Shown here: piece by piece, positions 32,451 through 42,549 of the stretch
Numbering within the stretch: the stretch's first letter is position 1
Layout: each line of letters begins with the position of its first letter
Origin: an uncultured Bacilli bacterium
GTDB lineage: Bacteria > Bacillota_I > Bacilli_A > RF39 > UBA660
DNA: 64,000 nt
Assembly (NCBI GenBank): GCA_934168005.1
Contig: CAKPMN010000003.1
Location: 1,100 to 65,099 of the forward strand
Direction: 5' to 3'
The notes under the pieces: generated by a model
The model's input: only the letters and a program-made list of their open reading frames with translations
What the model was told of the DNA's origin: nothing
The model's database searches: none
Position numbers and translations under genes: made by a program

Positions 32451-32496
32451 AGAATCACCTATAAAATTATATGAAAAAAGAATACTTTTGTGTATT

Positions 32497-33552
32497 CTAA
32501 TAAAAATATTCATAATATTCATCAAATGTTATATCTAATTTTTTTATTTCTTCTGCTACTTCTGTACCTACATATCTATAGTGCCACGCTTCATAATTAT
32601 ATCCTGTTATATTTTCTTTTCCTTTAGGATATCTTTGTATGAATCCGTATTTATAAGCATTATTATATAACCAGGTACTTGCTTTTGTAGATTGGAATGT
32701 TTTTATAGTTGCACCTTTAGTAAATATGTCTAGTACTAAACCTGTTTGATGTTCTGAAAAACCAGCTTTAGCAGCGTGATTCAATGCTTCTTTTTCTCCT
32801 AATTTATCTTTATATTCATTGAATATTTCCAATTGTTCATCATAACTTCTATATCCGCTTGTTACATAAAATGTGATACCTTCTTTTAAAGCATCATTGT
32901 ACATTTTTGTAAAGGCTTCATAAGTTTTTTTTGTTACTTTTACGTTCTTATTACCATATTTACTATCTAGCGTTACTAAAGATGGTTTATAATCTTCTAG
33001 GTAGTTATATTTATTGACAAGCATTACGTTTTCTTTTGATACATCTGTTTTTTTGGTGTGTGTATAATATTCATAGTCTCTATTTGTATTTACTTTTTCT
33101 ACTATATCTCTAGCTTTGCCATTTAGACTAAAGTAACGTTTTTTATTTGATGATATATAATATTTATCATATAAAATATCTACCATGGTTTTGGTATATG
33201 TTCCATTAGTATAGTCTTTATGATTTACTAATCTAATTTTATCTTTTACTTCTAAATCATTTTTATCTTCTAAATATTTTACTAATGATTCACTTTTGAA
33301 GTTTTCATCGTTTATATATTCTAATATATTTTCTTGATAATTATTTTTTAAATAATAAATACTTTCATCATCTAACTTGATTATTTCATTTATTTCATTG
33401 TCATTATATCCTGCTTTTTTAAGTTTATCTTTTGTTGATTCGAAAAGATAGGAAAATAAGTTTTCTTCATGTGTTACATTATATATTACTGTTATTGTAG
33501 ATAATACAAGAAATAATGTTACTGTGATTATAATTAGCTTATTTTTTTTCAT
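32497..33552 (-). CDS. VanY/M15B-family D-alanyl-D-alanine carboxypeptidase, membrane-anchored (paralog 2)
   Basis: 351 aa. Has an N-terminal TM helix and contains SGYRSYDEQ, SEHQTGLVLDI and EAWHYRYVG. Confidence 0.85.
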   Translation of the reverse strand: MKKNKLIIITVTLFLVLSTITVIYNVTHEENLFSYLFESTKDKLKKAGYNDNEINEIIKLDDESIYYLKNNYQENILEYINDENFKSESLVKYLEDKNDLEVKDKIRLVNHKDYTNGTYTKTMVDILYDKYYISSNKKRYFSLNGKARDIVEKVNTNRDYEYYTHTKKTDVSKENVMLVNKYNYLEDYKPSLVTLDSKYGNKNVKVTKKTYEAFTKMYNDALKEGITFYVTSGYRSYDEQLEIFNEYKDKLGEKEALNHAAKAGFSEHQTGLVLDIFTKGATIKTFQSTKASTWLYNNAYKYGFIQRYPKGKENITGYNYEAWHYRYVGTEVAEEIKKLDITFDEYYEYFY

Positions 33553-33607
33553 AACTTCACCTTAATGAAATTATAATATATTATTAAAAAAAAAGAAATA
33601 GATTTCT

Positions 33608-34552
33608 CTATTTCAAATAATATTCATAGTATTCATCATATGTAATACCTAAATTATGTATTTCTTCAGCTACTTTTTTTCCAACATAACGGTAGTGCCA
33701 TGGTTCATAGCTATATCCTGTTATATTTTCTTTGTCTTTAGGATATCTTAATATAAATCCATATTTGTAGGCATTATTTGTCATCCATGTAAATTCATCA
33801 GTTTTTTCAAAATCTCCTTGTTGTTTTGCATTGTATGTTGTTACGTCTATTGCAAGACCTGTTTGATGTTCTGATGATCCTGCTCTTGCAGCATACTTAT
33901 CTGCCCATTCTTCACCATTTTCTCTAGCATATCTATTCCATAAATTTTCTTGGTAATCATATGGTCTATATGAAGAGTTAATTATAATTGTTAGATTTTC
34001 TAATTTAGCGGCATTAAACATTTCTATGAATTTATCATATACTTCTTTTCTAATTGATTGTTCTCCATAACAGTGTCTATTAGATACTTCAACAATATCA
34101 TCAAACTTAAAATCTTTGTCTAATTGGTAATATTTATTAACAAGTATTAAATTCTCTAATTCTATGTTTGTTTTATTCATCTCTGTATAATAATCACGAT
34201 CTCTATTTACATTTACAAGTGAAACAATATCATTTATTTTATCTTTTGGATTTAGTTTTTTATATTTTATATATCTATCTAAATTATCATATATAAAGTA
34301 TTTTTCTTTTAAAAATTCTACTATATTTTTATCATAATCTTTAGTAAGGATATCTTCTTGTTTAGAATGATCAAGCGTTTTAATTGTCTCTATTTCTTCT
34401 TTATCATAGCCTAGTTTTCCTAGTTTATACGAAATAGTACTTGTATGTTTTTTATAATTAACAAAAAATATTATAAAAATTAAAATAATGAAAATAATAA
34501 AAATAGTAATTTTAACAGATTTCTTTAGTTTTCTAACTTTTTTAGTATTCAT
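33608..34552 (-). CDS. VanY/M15B-family D-alanyl-D-alanine carboxypeptidase, membrane-anchored (paralog 3)
   Basis: 314 aa. Has an N-terminal TM helix and contains SSYRPYDYQ, SEHQTGLAIDV and EPWHYRYVG. Confidence 0.85.
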   Translation of the reverse strand: MNTKKVRKLKKSVKITIFIIFIILIFIIFFVNYKKHTSTISYKLGKLGYDKEEIETIKTLDHSKQEDILTKDYDKNIVEFLKEKYFIYDNLDRYIKYKKLNPKDKINDIVSLVNVNRDRDYYTEMNKTNIELENLILVNKYYQLDKDFKFDDIVEVSNRHCYGEQSIRKEVYDKFIEMFNAAKLENLTIIINSSYRPYDYQENLWNRYARENGEEWADKYAARAGSSEHQTGLAIDVTTYNAKQQGDFEKTDEFTWMTNNAYKYGFILRYPKDKENITGYSYEPWHYRYVGKKVAEEIHNLGITYDEYYEYYLK

Positions 34553-34611
34553 ATTATCACCAATATTATTATAGCTTTTTTATTTTTAAATTTCAAATTA
34601 TAGGAGGAATT

Positions 34612-35124
34612 ATGGAATTATTATTTTTATGTCTAAAAATATTTTTTGTTCGTATTATAGATGTTTCACTTGGAACTATTTGTACAATTTTAACTGTTAG
34701 AAATAAGAAATTTTTAGCTTCTTTTTTAGGCTTTATTGAAATATTTATTTGGTTTGTAATAGTTAAGGAAGCTTTGAATACAGATTCTACAAGTATTTTT
34801 ATTGCGATAAGTTATGCTTTGGGTTTTGCAACAGGTACGTATATTGGAAGTTTTTTATCTGAAAAATATATAAAAGGGGATATTACTGTACAAGTAATTA
34901 CTAAAAGAGAAAATTCTATGGTTGATGAACTTAGAAAAATGGGGTATGCAGTTAGTGTTATTGATATTAAAGGGCAAGACTTGGAAAATGAAAAATATAT
35001 GCTTTTTTTAGAGTTAGATAAAAATCATTTTAATAAAGTTAGATCAATTATAAAAAAGAATGATCCGAATGCTTTTGTTGTTGTTAATGAGACAAAAGCT
35101 GTCTTTAATGGACATTTTATTTAA
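34612..35124 (+). CDS. UPF0316/DUF2179 membrane protein
   Basis: 170 aa. The N-terminal TM pair with IDVSLGT and the C-terminal DUF2179-like domain are typical of the family. Confidence 0.65.
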   Translation: MELLFLCLKIFFVRIIDVSLGTICTILTVRNKKFLASFLGFIEIFIWFVIVKEALNTDSTSIFIAISYALGFATGTYIGSFLSEKYIKGDITVQVITKRENSMVDELRKMGYAVSVIDIKGQDLENEKYMLFLELDKNHFNKVRSIIKKNDPNAFVVVNETKAVFNGHFI

Positions 35125-35175
35125 ATTTATCGTCTTTTTTTGATACTTCTTCATACATTTAATTAGAGGTGAATT

Positions 35176-36333
35176 ATGAAGAAGTTTTTGTTATTATTAT
35201 TTTGTATTTTTCCTTTTTCTGTTTTAGCGTCTTCTACTGAGATGGTTGATGCTGATTTAACACCTAAAGCTAAGAGTTCTATTTTAATAGAAGCGTCTAC
35301 GGGTAAAGTTTTATATGAAAAGAATTCTCATGAAAAATTAGCTCCCGCTAGTATGACTAAGATTATGAGTATGCTTATCATAATTGAACATATTGAGTCT
35401 GGGGCTTTAAAGTGGGATGATTTGGTTACTGTATCAGAAAATGCTTCTAGTATGGGTGGAAGTCAAATTTTACTTGAAACAGGGGAACAGATGAGTGTTG
35501 AAGATTTGTTTAAAGGTGTTGCTGTTGGAAGTGGAAATGATGCTGTTGTTGCTTTAGCTGAAGCTGTTAGTGGTAGTGTTGATTCTTTTGTTGAATTAAT
35601 GAATAATAAAGTAAAAGAATTAGGGCTTAATGACACAATGTTTCAAAATCCACATGGGCTTGATCAAGAAAATCATTATTCTAGTGCATATGATATGGTT
35701 ATGATTGGTAGAGAACTTGTAAAGCATGAAAAAGTTTTGACTTTTACTTCTATATATGAGGATTATTTAAGAAAGGGTACTAAAAGAGAATTCTGGCTTG
35801 TAAATACAAATAAGTTAGTTAGATTTAATCCTATTGTAGATGGACTAAAGACTGGTTATACAAGTGGTGCTGGATATTGTCTAACAGCAACAGCATTAAA
35901 AAATGATATGAGATTACTTGCTACTGTAATGGGTGAGGAGTCTACTACTGATAGAACTAATGAGGTTACTAGTTTGCTTGACTTTGGATATGCTTCATAC
36001 AAGGTTGATGTTCTTGCTAATAAAGAAAGTGTAGTAGGTGAAAAAGAATATGATTTGTCATTAGATAAAATTAAATTTGTTCCTATAAATGATGTAAAAG
36101 TTTTGAATAAAAAAACAGATAAGATAGGTTCTATTACTTATGAAATGGATATTAATGATATAAAATTTCCTGTTAAAAAAGGTGATGTTGTTGGTAAACT
36201 AAATATAAAAGAAGATGGAAAACAATTATCCAGTGTAGATATTACTGTGTTAAATGATACAAATAAAATAGGTTTTGGAAGTCTTCTTTATAGATATTTG
36301 AAAGATATTTTTGGAGGAAAAATAATAATATAA
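35176..36333 (+). CDS. Serine-type D-Ala-D-Ala carboxypeptidase (PBP5/S11 family)
   Basis: 385 aa. Has a signal peptide and the SMTK, SGND and KTGYT motifs. Confidence 0.9.
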   Translation: MKKFLLLLFCIFPFSVLASSTEMVDADLTPKAKSSILIEASTGKVLYEKNSHEKLAPASMTKIMSMLIIIEHIESGALKWDDLVTVSENASSMGGSQILLETGEQMSVEDLFKGVAVGSGNDAVVALAEAVSGSVDSFVELMNNKVKELGLNDTMFQNPHGLDQENHYSSAYDMVMIGRELVKHEKVLTFTSIYEDYLRKGTKREFWLVNTNKLVRFNPIVDGLKTGYTSGAGYCLTATALKNDMRLLATVMGEESTTDRTNEVTSLLDFGYASYKVDVLANKESVVGEKEYDLSLDKIKFVPINDVKVLNKKTDKIGSITYEMDINDIKFPVKKGDVVGKLNIKEDGKQLSSVDITVLNDTNKIGFGSLLYRYLKDIFGGKIII

Positions 36334-36357
36334 AAAAGGTGCTTCTTTTGCATCTTT

Positions 36358-36906
36358 TTATATTAAACGTATTTCATATTCACTAAAGAATGGTTTTTGT
36401 TTATTTATTCTATCATAAAATAATATTCCGTCTAGATGGTCTATTTCATGTTGAAAAGCTATTGATAATTCTTCTCTAGCTCTTATACTTATTTTATTAC
36501 CATCTATATCATATCCTTCAACTGTTACTCTAGCGTATCTTGGAACATGACCTTCTACTTCTCTATTTACACTTAAACATCCTTCACCAACATCTGCTGC
36601 TATCATTTCTTCTGAATTACTTACTATCTTTGGATTTATAACAACATAGTTATCAAATTTTCCTTCTTGATATTCATCTACTATAACAATTATTCTCTTT
36701 AGAATTCCAAGTTGTACGAATGCTAGTCCAGTTCCTGGTCTTAAATCGTATTTTTTTGAATATTTTTCTATTTGACTATATGTTAAATGTTTAATAATTT
36801 TATCTATTGTCTTTTTGTCTTCATCTGACAGTGGGAAAGTTACTTCTTTACTTTTTTGTCTTATTCTTTTATCTTTTTCATCTATTATATTAAGTTTTTC
36901 AAACAT
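36358..36906 (-). CDS. def: Peptide deformylase
   Basis: 182 aa. Contains GLAFVQLG, EGCLS and HEIDHLDG. Confidence 0.9.
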   Translation of the reverse strand: MFEKLNIIDEKDKRIRQKSKEVTFPLSDEDKKTIDKIIKHLTYSQIEKYSKKYDLRPGTGLAFVQLGILKRIIVIVDEYQEGKFDNYVVINPKIVSNSEEMIAADVGEGCLSVNREVEGHVPRYARVTVEGYDIDGNKISIRAREELSIAFQHEIDHLDGILFYDRINKQKPFFSEYEIRLI

Positions 36907-37034
36907 ACCATCACCTCTTGATTCATGTGGTATTATATCACATTTTGTATTATTTGTAAAAATAGTTTAACAAATATAGAAATTTCACTTTTTTTTCATA
37001 ATTTGGTAATATATTATATAGTAGAGGTGGTTAT

Positions 37035-38108
37035 ATGAAATGTCCAAAGTGTAAAAATGAAGTAGTAAATGATAGCAAATTTTGTGATCAATGTGGATAT
37101 TCTTTTAAAGGAAAAAAATTTAAATTAGTTATAATTATAACATTAGTATTAGCTGTAATAGGATTTAGTATAGGATTATCTTTTTCTTATTTTTTATCCC
37201 CATCTTATGTTGCGAATAAATATTTTAAAGCAGTTATAAGTAATGACGCAAACAATGTATATAAATACGTTAAGAGTGATAGTCCTTTTGTAACAAAAGA
37301 ATCATTTTTAAAGAAATATGAGACAGTAGGTAATGTTACTGATTATAAGATAGAAAGTATGGAAAGAGAAAACAACTATATAAAAGTTAATTATACTTAT
37401 AAATTAGATGGTAATGCGGCTAATTCTTATGTAAAACTAAATGAAAAGAAATTTTTAGGTATATTTACTTATTATAAAGTTGAAACTGGTAGTATAGCTA
37501 GAAATGTTGAACTTCGTGTTTTAAAGGGTTCTAAAGTTAGTATTGATTCAACAGATATGACAAAATATTTAAAAAATAGTGAAGAATATTTTGATGTTTA
37601 TGTTTTACCAGACCTTATTTCAGGAGAATATACTGTAGAAGTTGATATGCCAATAGGAATTTCTGTTACAAAAAATATTTCATTTACAGATTCTTCTAAA
37701 TATACTATAGCTAAAATCAAGTTAGAAAATGATTTAAAAGACAAATTAAGCGATGATTTAATTGATAAGTTAAATGTTTTATATAAAGCCGGTGTAGAAG
37801 GCAAAAAGTATAAAGAAATATCTGATAATTTTTATAATGATTTATCTAGTTTATATAGAAGCATTAAAAGAAGTTTAGGATCAAACATAACATCATTTAA
37901 TTTTACTGATATTAGTATTAGTTCTGCTTCATTAGATGATGAAGGTAAATTGAGTTTAGAAGTTATTGCTGATTATGATGCTCGTGTAAATGATGAAGAT
38001 AAGAGTGACTATCTATCATTTAAAGTTACATATAGTTATGATGATAATGAATTTAATTTATATGATATAGATAATTCTTATCAAGTTAAAACAGAAAATT
38101 ATCAGTAA
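37035..38108 (+). CDS. Zinc-ribbon membrane protein with an extracellular domain
   Basis: 357 aa. Has the N-terminal ribbon CPKCKN...CDQCG, then a TM helix. Confidence 0.5.
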   Translation: MKCPKCKNEVVNDSKFCDQCGYSFKGKKFKLVIIITLVLAVIGFSIGLSFSYFLSPSYVANKYFKAVISNDANNVYKYVKSDSPFVTKESFLKKYETVGNVTDYKIESMERENNYIKVNYTYKLDGNAANSYVKLNEKKFLGIFTYYKVETGSIARNVELRVLKGSKVSIDSTDMTKYLKNSEEYFDVYVLPDLISGEYTVEVDMPIGISVTKNISFTDSSKYTIAKIKLENDLKDKLSDDLIDKLNVLYKAGVEGKKYKEISDNFYNDLSSLYRSIKRSLGSNITSFNFTDISISSASLDDEGKLSLEVIADYDARVNDEDKSDYLSFKVTYSYDDNEFNLYDIDNSYQVKTENYQ

Positions 38109-38132
38109 AAAAAGAGAAAAAATTTCTCTTTT

Positions 38133-38288
38133 TTAGTTATTCCAAGCTCTTGCGCCAATTATAATTACTAATAAAATAAATAGAACTAAAATAATAGCAG
38201 CGCCGTATCCTGATTGGTATCCTCCATTTTGGTAACCATAGCTTGGAGCGCCACAGCCGTAGCCTTGATAGCCGCCATAATAATACAT
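38133..38288 (-). CDS. YjcZ-like small sporulation protein (51 aa; below the ORF-track cutoff)
   Basis: Hand translation gives MYYYGGYQGYGCGAPSYGYQNGGYQSGYGAAIILVLFILLVIIIGARAWNN. GGAGGC lies 7 nt upstream of the ATG. The Gly/Tyr-rich head plus hydrophobic tail is typical of the YjcZ family. Confidence 0.6.
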   Translation of the reverse strand: MYYYGGYQGYGCGAPSYGYQNGGYQSGYGAAIILVLFILLVIIIGARAWNN

Positions 38289-38429
38289 ATTTTTGCCTCC
38301 ATTCTCTAATATAGTTTACTCTTTAACTTTTATTTGGTGCGTGATATTTGTTTAATAAACGATATTTTTTCTAAAACTAGTTCTTAGTTTGTTAAAAATA
38401 TGGTATTATATAGAAAATAGGTGAGAATA

Positions 38430-39587
38430 ATGAAGAAAGTTTTTAATACGATTAAAGATATGGATAGAGTAATACTTTTTATATCTATAGGGTTATTTAT
38501 ATTTGGTTTATTCAATATATTAACAGCTTCTAGTCAAGCTTCTGTTTTGAGATATAATGCTTCACTTTATAAATATTTTATTAAACAATTAGAATTCTTA
38601 TCTATGGGTTTATTTGCTACTTTCTTTATTTTATCTGTTCCAACAAAAAAATATCATTTCTTAGGTAAAATAGCTTTTTATGGTGTTTTATTCTTATGTG
38701 TTTTAGTAATTTTTAAGGGTAATAATTATAGTGGTAACCAAAACTGGATATCAATACTCGGCTTTTCATTACAACCAAGTGAATTTGCTAAACCTGTTTT
38801 GATTCTTTATTTAGCTATTTTATTTGAAAAATATTATAAACAGTTAAGAAATAAAAATGTACCACATGCGAACATGATTGCTCATATAGTGTTTGTATGT
38901 ATCATATTTCCTACTCTTATTATATTTACTCAACATGATTTAGGTACAGGTATTATTGTAACTTGTATAGCAGGCCTTTTATTTTTAGCTAGTCCAATAA
39001 TGCGTCGTGAAAAGACTGCAACTGTTGGACTTATGGGAATAGTTGTCATTATAATGGGTTTAATTTATATATTTGGTTCTAAGAGTGTTTTATCTAATAG
39101 TCAAAGTAGTAGACTTGATTTTTTTGATCCTTGTAGTAAGTATGAAAATGGCGGATATCAAATATGTAATGGATTTATTGCGATAAATTCAGGAGGATTA
39201 TTTGGAGTTGGAATAGGCGAGAGCAGACAAAAGTCTTATATTCCAGAATCACATACAGACTCTGTTTTTGCAATTGTTGCTGAGGAATATGGCCTTATAG
39301 TAACAACTATTATATTTTTCTTATATATAGTATTACTTTATAGAATACTTCATCTATCTAGTGTCGTTGGAACTATTAGAGGAAAATATATCTGTTATGG
39401 GGTAGCAATCTATATGTTTTTACATATATTTGTTAATTTAGGTGGTCTATTTGGCAGTATGCCTCTTACCGGTGTTCCACTTCCATATTTATCTTATGGT
39501 GGTTCATTTACTATATCTTTTATGATTGCGCTCGCTCTTGTTCAAAGAGTTCATGTTGAATATAAAAATGAAAAAATTAAAATTTAA
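38430..39587 (+). CDS. SEDS-family peptidoglycan glycosyltransferase (FtsW/RodA/SpoVE)
   Basis: About 385 aa, 10 TM. Contains QPSEFAKP, PESHTDSVFA and PLTGVPLPYLSYGGS. Start taken as the ATG at 38430. Confidence 0.9.
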   Translation: MKKVFNTIKDMDRVILFISIGLFIFGLFNILTASSQASVLRYNASLYKYFIKQLEFLSMGLFATFFILSVPTKKYHFLGKIAFYGVLFLCVLVIFKGNNYSGNQNWISILGFSLQPSEFAKPVLILYLAILFEKYYKQLRNKNVPHANMIAHIVFVCIIFPTLIIFTQHDLGTGIIVTCIAGLLFLASPIMRREKTATVGLMGIVVIIMGLIYIFGSKSVLSNSQSSRLDFFDPCSKYENGGYQICNGFIAINSGGLFGVGIGESRQKSYIPESHTDSVFAIVAEEYGLIVTTIIFFLYIVLLYRILHLSSVVGTIRGKYICYGVAIYMFLHIFVNLGGLFGSMPLTGVPLPYLSYGGSFTISFMIALALVQRVHVEYKNEKIKI

Positions 39588-39647
39588 AAGAGTCTAACTC
39601 TTTTTTTATTGGGGTTAATATGTTAAACTATTGGCGGAGGAATATGT

Positions 39648-40937
39648 ATGATTAAAGAAAGAGTACTACCAGCAGATCTGTTTACTGTGGTTAATAAAAC
39701 AGTTATAAGTGATACTGATTACAAAATATTATTTATGTTATATCAACCTATTATAGGTTCAGATGCGGTAAGTTTGTATCTTACTTTAATAACATATTTG
39801 GATAAACTAGAACTTATAAGTGAGGTGTGGAGTCATCACCATTTAATGACTAGCTTAAAATCTAGATTAGATTTAATTATTGAAGCTCGTGAAAAATTAG
39901 AAGCAGTTGGGCTCATTAAAACATTTTTGAAAAAGGGGAGTGTTAATCAATTTATATATGAAATATATTCTCCACTTTCTCCTATGGAATTTTTTTCTAA
40001 TCCACTTTTAGATACTATTTTATATAATGAAATAGGTGAAATGGAGTATGAAAAAGTTAAAGAATATTATACTTTACCTAAGATTAATTTAAATGATTAT
40101 GAAGATATTACTTGTAGATTTCAAGATGTATTTTCTGTTACTGATATGACTGATTTTGAAGGTGCTTTAGCTGATTTAAAAAACACTACTAAAAATAAGA
40201 TATCAATTATGTCTACAATCAATTTAGATGAAGTTTTATCTTCAATACCAGAAGAAATCTTAAATCCTAGAACTATAACTTTGGATACTAAAGACTTTTT
40301 ATATAGAATGGATTTTGTATATGGATTTAATGATGATGAAATGATTGAATTAGTGAAATCTTCTTGTAATATAAAAAGGGTTTTGGATAAAGAAAAGTTT
40401 AAGGAAAATGCAAAAAATTATTATAAATTTGAACATTTAGGAAATCTTCCTACTTTAGCTTTAAAGACACAGCCAGAGTATTTAAGAAAAAAGAATTTAT
40501 CTAATAATTTAAGAGATAAAAAGATATATGAGTATGAAACTACAACTCCTTATGATTATTTATATAGCAAACATACTGGTACTAGAATAACTTCTTCTGA
40601 AACTGCTATATTGCAATATTTGCTTGTTGAAATGAATTTAAATCCGGGTGTTGTTAATGTTATAATAGATTATGTTTTACAGGAAAGTAAAAATAAACTT
40701 GTTCCAACTTATGTTGAAAGTGTAGCTGGACTATTTTCTCGTAATAATATAAAAACAGTAGAAGAAGCAATGTCTCTAGCTAAAGAAGAACATAAAAATA
40801 GAGTAAAACGAGAAAGCAAGAAACAAGTTAAAAAGGAAATAAAACCTGAATGGATTGATAAGAATTTTGAGGTAAAAGAAGCTAGCAATGAAGAAATATC
40901 AAAGATGAGGGATATGTTAAGTAAGGTGGTAAAATGA
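39648..40937 (+). CDS. dnaB: Replication initiation/membrane attachment protein DnaB (DnaD-like domains)
   Basis: 429 aa. It precedes and overlaps dnaI as in Bacillus, with DnaB_2-like repeats in the C-terminal half. Confidence 0.7.
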   Translation: MIKERVLPADLFTVVNKTVISDTDYKILFMLYQPIIGSDAVSLYLTLITYLDKLELISEVWSHHHLMTSLKSRLDLIIEAREKLEAVGLIKTFLKKGSVNQFIYEIYSPLSPMEFFSNPLLDTILYNEIGEMEYEKVKEYYTLPKINLNDYEDITCRFQDVFSVTDMTDFEGALADLKNTTKNKISIMSTINLDEVLSSIPEEILNPRTITLDTKDFLYRMDFVYGFNDDEMIELVKSSCNIKRVLDKEKFKENAKNYYKFEHLGNLPTLALKTQPEYLRKKNLSNNLRDKKIYEYETTTPYDYLYSKHTGTRITSSETAILQYLLVEMNLNPGVVNVIIDYVLQESKNKLVPTYVESVAGLFSRNNIKTVEEAMSLAKEEHKNRVKRESKKQVKKEIKPEWIDKNFEVKEASNEEISKMRDMLSKVVK

Positions 40938-41851
40938 AAACAGATACATTTTTTAAAAAATATGAAAAAGGTGATTTAGATACTAAGTTAATAGCAGAAT
41001 TTAGAAAATCTATGGAAAATCCAGATTTTGCCAAACTTATTTCTAAAGTTAAACTTCCTTATGAAGAGTTAGCTAAGTATACTTCATTATTAGAAGATTC
41101 TAAGGCTGAATATTCTAATTGCTTAAAGTGTAAAAATTTAATGGAATGTAAGAATAAAATATGTGGACATGCTTTTTTACCTGATGTAAGAGATTCAAAG
41201 ATAACTTTTTTATATAAACCTTGCAAATACATGTTAAAAAAAGAAAAAGAAGAGGCTTATTTGAAAAATGTTTATTGTTCTAATGAACCTGATTCTATAG
41301 TTCATGCATCAATTTCTGATATTGATTTAAGGGATAAAACAAGATTACATGTTATAAAAGTATTAACTGAATTTATAGAGGATTATCGTGATGGTAAAAA
41401 TCCTAAAGGTTTCTATTTACATGGCAGTTTTGGTTCAGGGAAATCTTATTTAATAAGTGCTTTATTTAATGAACTTGCAAAGGATGGAGTTAAAAGTTGT
41501 ATTGTTTTTTGGCAAGAATTTTTAACTGAATTGAAAGGTAATTTTGGAACAAGTGATTTTAATGAAAAAATTGAAAGATTAAAGAAAACTAAGTTACTTT
41601 TAATTGATGACATAGGAGCAGAAAATGTTACTTCTTGGAGTAGGGATGATGTTTTATGTCCAATACTTCAATATCGTATGCAAGAAAAATTACCAACTTT
41701 TTTCACATCTAACTTTACTTTAGAAGAGTTAGAAAATCATTTTTCAATTACAAGAGATGGTGTTGAGGTAGTTAAAGCTAAACGTTTAATGGAGAGAATT
41801 CGTCAACTTGGTATTGATATAGAATTAAATAGTAAAAATTTAAGAAATTAA
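40934..41851 (+). CDS. dnaI: Primosomal helicase loader DnaI
   Basis: 305 aa. Has an N-terminal Cys-rich Zn module, Walker A GSFGSGKSY and Walker B LLLIDDIG. Confidence 0.85.
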   Translation: MKTDTFFKKYEKGDLDTKLIAEFRKSMENPDFAKLISKVKLPYEELAKYTSLLEDSKAEYSNCLKCKNLMECKNKICGHAFLPDVRDSKITFLYKPCKYMLKKEKEEAYLKNVYCSNEPDSIVHASISDIDLRDKTRLHVIKVLTEFIEDYRDGKNPKGFYLHGSFGSGKSYLISALFNELAKDGVKSCIVFWQEFLTELKGNFGTSDFNEKIERLKKTKLLLIDDIGAENVTSWSRDDVLCPILQYRMQEKLPTFFTSNFTLEELENHFSITRDGVEVVKAKRLMERIRQLGIDIELNSKNLRN

Positions 41852-41889
41852 AATATTGACTTTATAATATGTTTTGTTTAAAATAGTCT

Positions 41890-42090
41890 TATAAAGATTT
41901 TGATTAGGACATGACTTTTAATGTGTCTATTATAGAGACTTTGTGGATGGTGTAAACAAAGATAGAACTTAGAAGCTACTACCTATGAATTGTACTCGAA
42001 AGAGTTTCCGGGTAAAACCGTTATCTAATTAAGTTAAAAGGTAGGATGGTACCGCGTATAGACGCTCCTTAAGTAGGGTGTCTTTTTTGT
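41890..42090 (+). promoter_or_regulatory. T-box leader (threonine) controlling ORF147-thrS
   Basis: Promoter-like TTGACT (41856-41861) and TAAAAT (41879-41884). AGAGA, distal GGAUGGUGUAAAC and specifier region GCUACUACCU (ACU/ACC). T-box core AGGAUGGUACCGCG at about 42043-42056. Terminator AGACGCTCC...GGGTGTCT plus a T-run. Confidence 0.75.
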
Positions 42091-42104
42091 TTTAGGGGGA
42101 TTTT

Positions 42105-42548
42105 ATGGCACTATTTACGAGTAGAAAGAATATTATTTCTACAAAATATTTTTTATCTAATTACTATGGAATCAGTTATAGTAAGAAGAATTTATCACAT
42201 GATACAATGCTTGATGTATTAGTATCTAAGGGGAAGAGACTACCTAAATCTGTTCTTTTAGATAGTATTGACCAGATTGATATAACGTCTGGTAAAGTAG
42301 TTCTTGTAAGAGATGTTTTAGGAAGAGTCGTGGCTTACAAAAGTCCAATGATTGGTTTAAAACAACTAGAATGGGAACTAAAGAGTGATGTTGATTCTTT
42401 AAGAGAGATTAGAAGAAGGATTTTACTTGAACAAGGTCTTTATTTGCAAGAAGATGATTCTATTTTAACAGAAGAAGAGTTATCTTTAGATAAAGAATAT
42501 GATGAAATGTCATATCAGAGAGTACGTAAAAATAAAAGGAGAAGATAA
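42105..42548 (+). CDS. Hypothetical 147-aa protein encoded between the Thr T-box and thrS
   Basis: RBS AGGGGGA lies before the ATG. The stop is 1 nt before the thrS ATG. It has a basic C-terminus (RVRKNKRRR) and no motif I recognise. Confidence 0.5.
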   Translation: MALFTSRKNIISTKYFLSNYYGISYSKKNLSHDTMLDVLVSKGKRLPKSVLLDSIDQIDITSGKVVLVRDVLGRVVAYKSPMIGLKQLEWELKSDVDSLREIRRRILLEQGLYLQEDDSILTEEELSLDKEYDEMSYQRVRKNKRRR

Positions 42549-42549
42549 T

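Noticed and set aside
42105-42548. Reading the 147-aa ORF as a diverged TGS domain (TMLDVLVSKGKRLPKSVLL vaguely resembles the TGS ..MDVA..IG.GLAK.. segment).
   Set aside because: The similarity is too weak to assert by eye. It is kept only as a testable idea in the findings.
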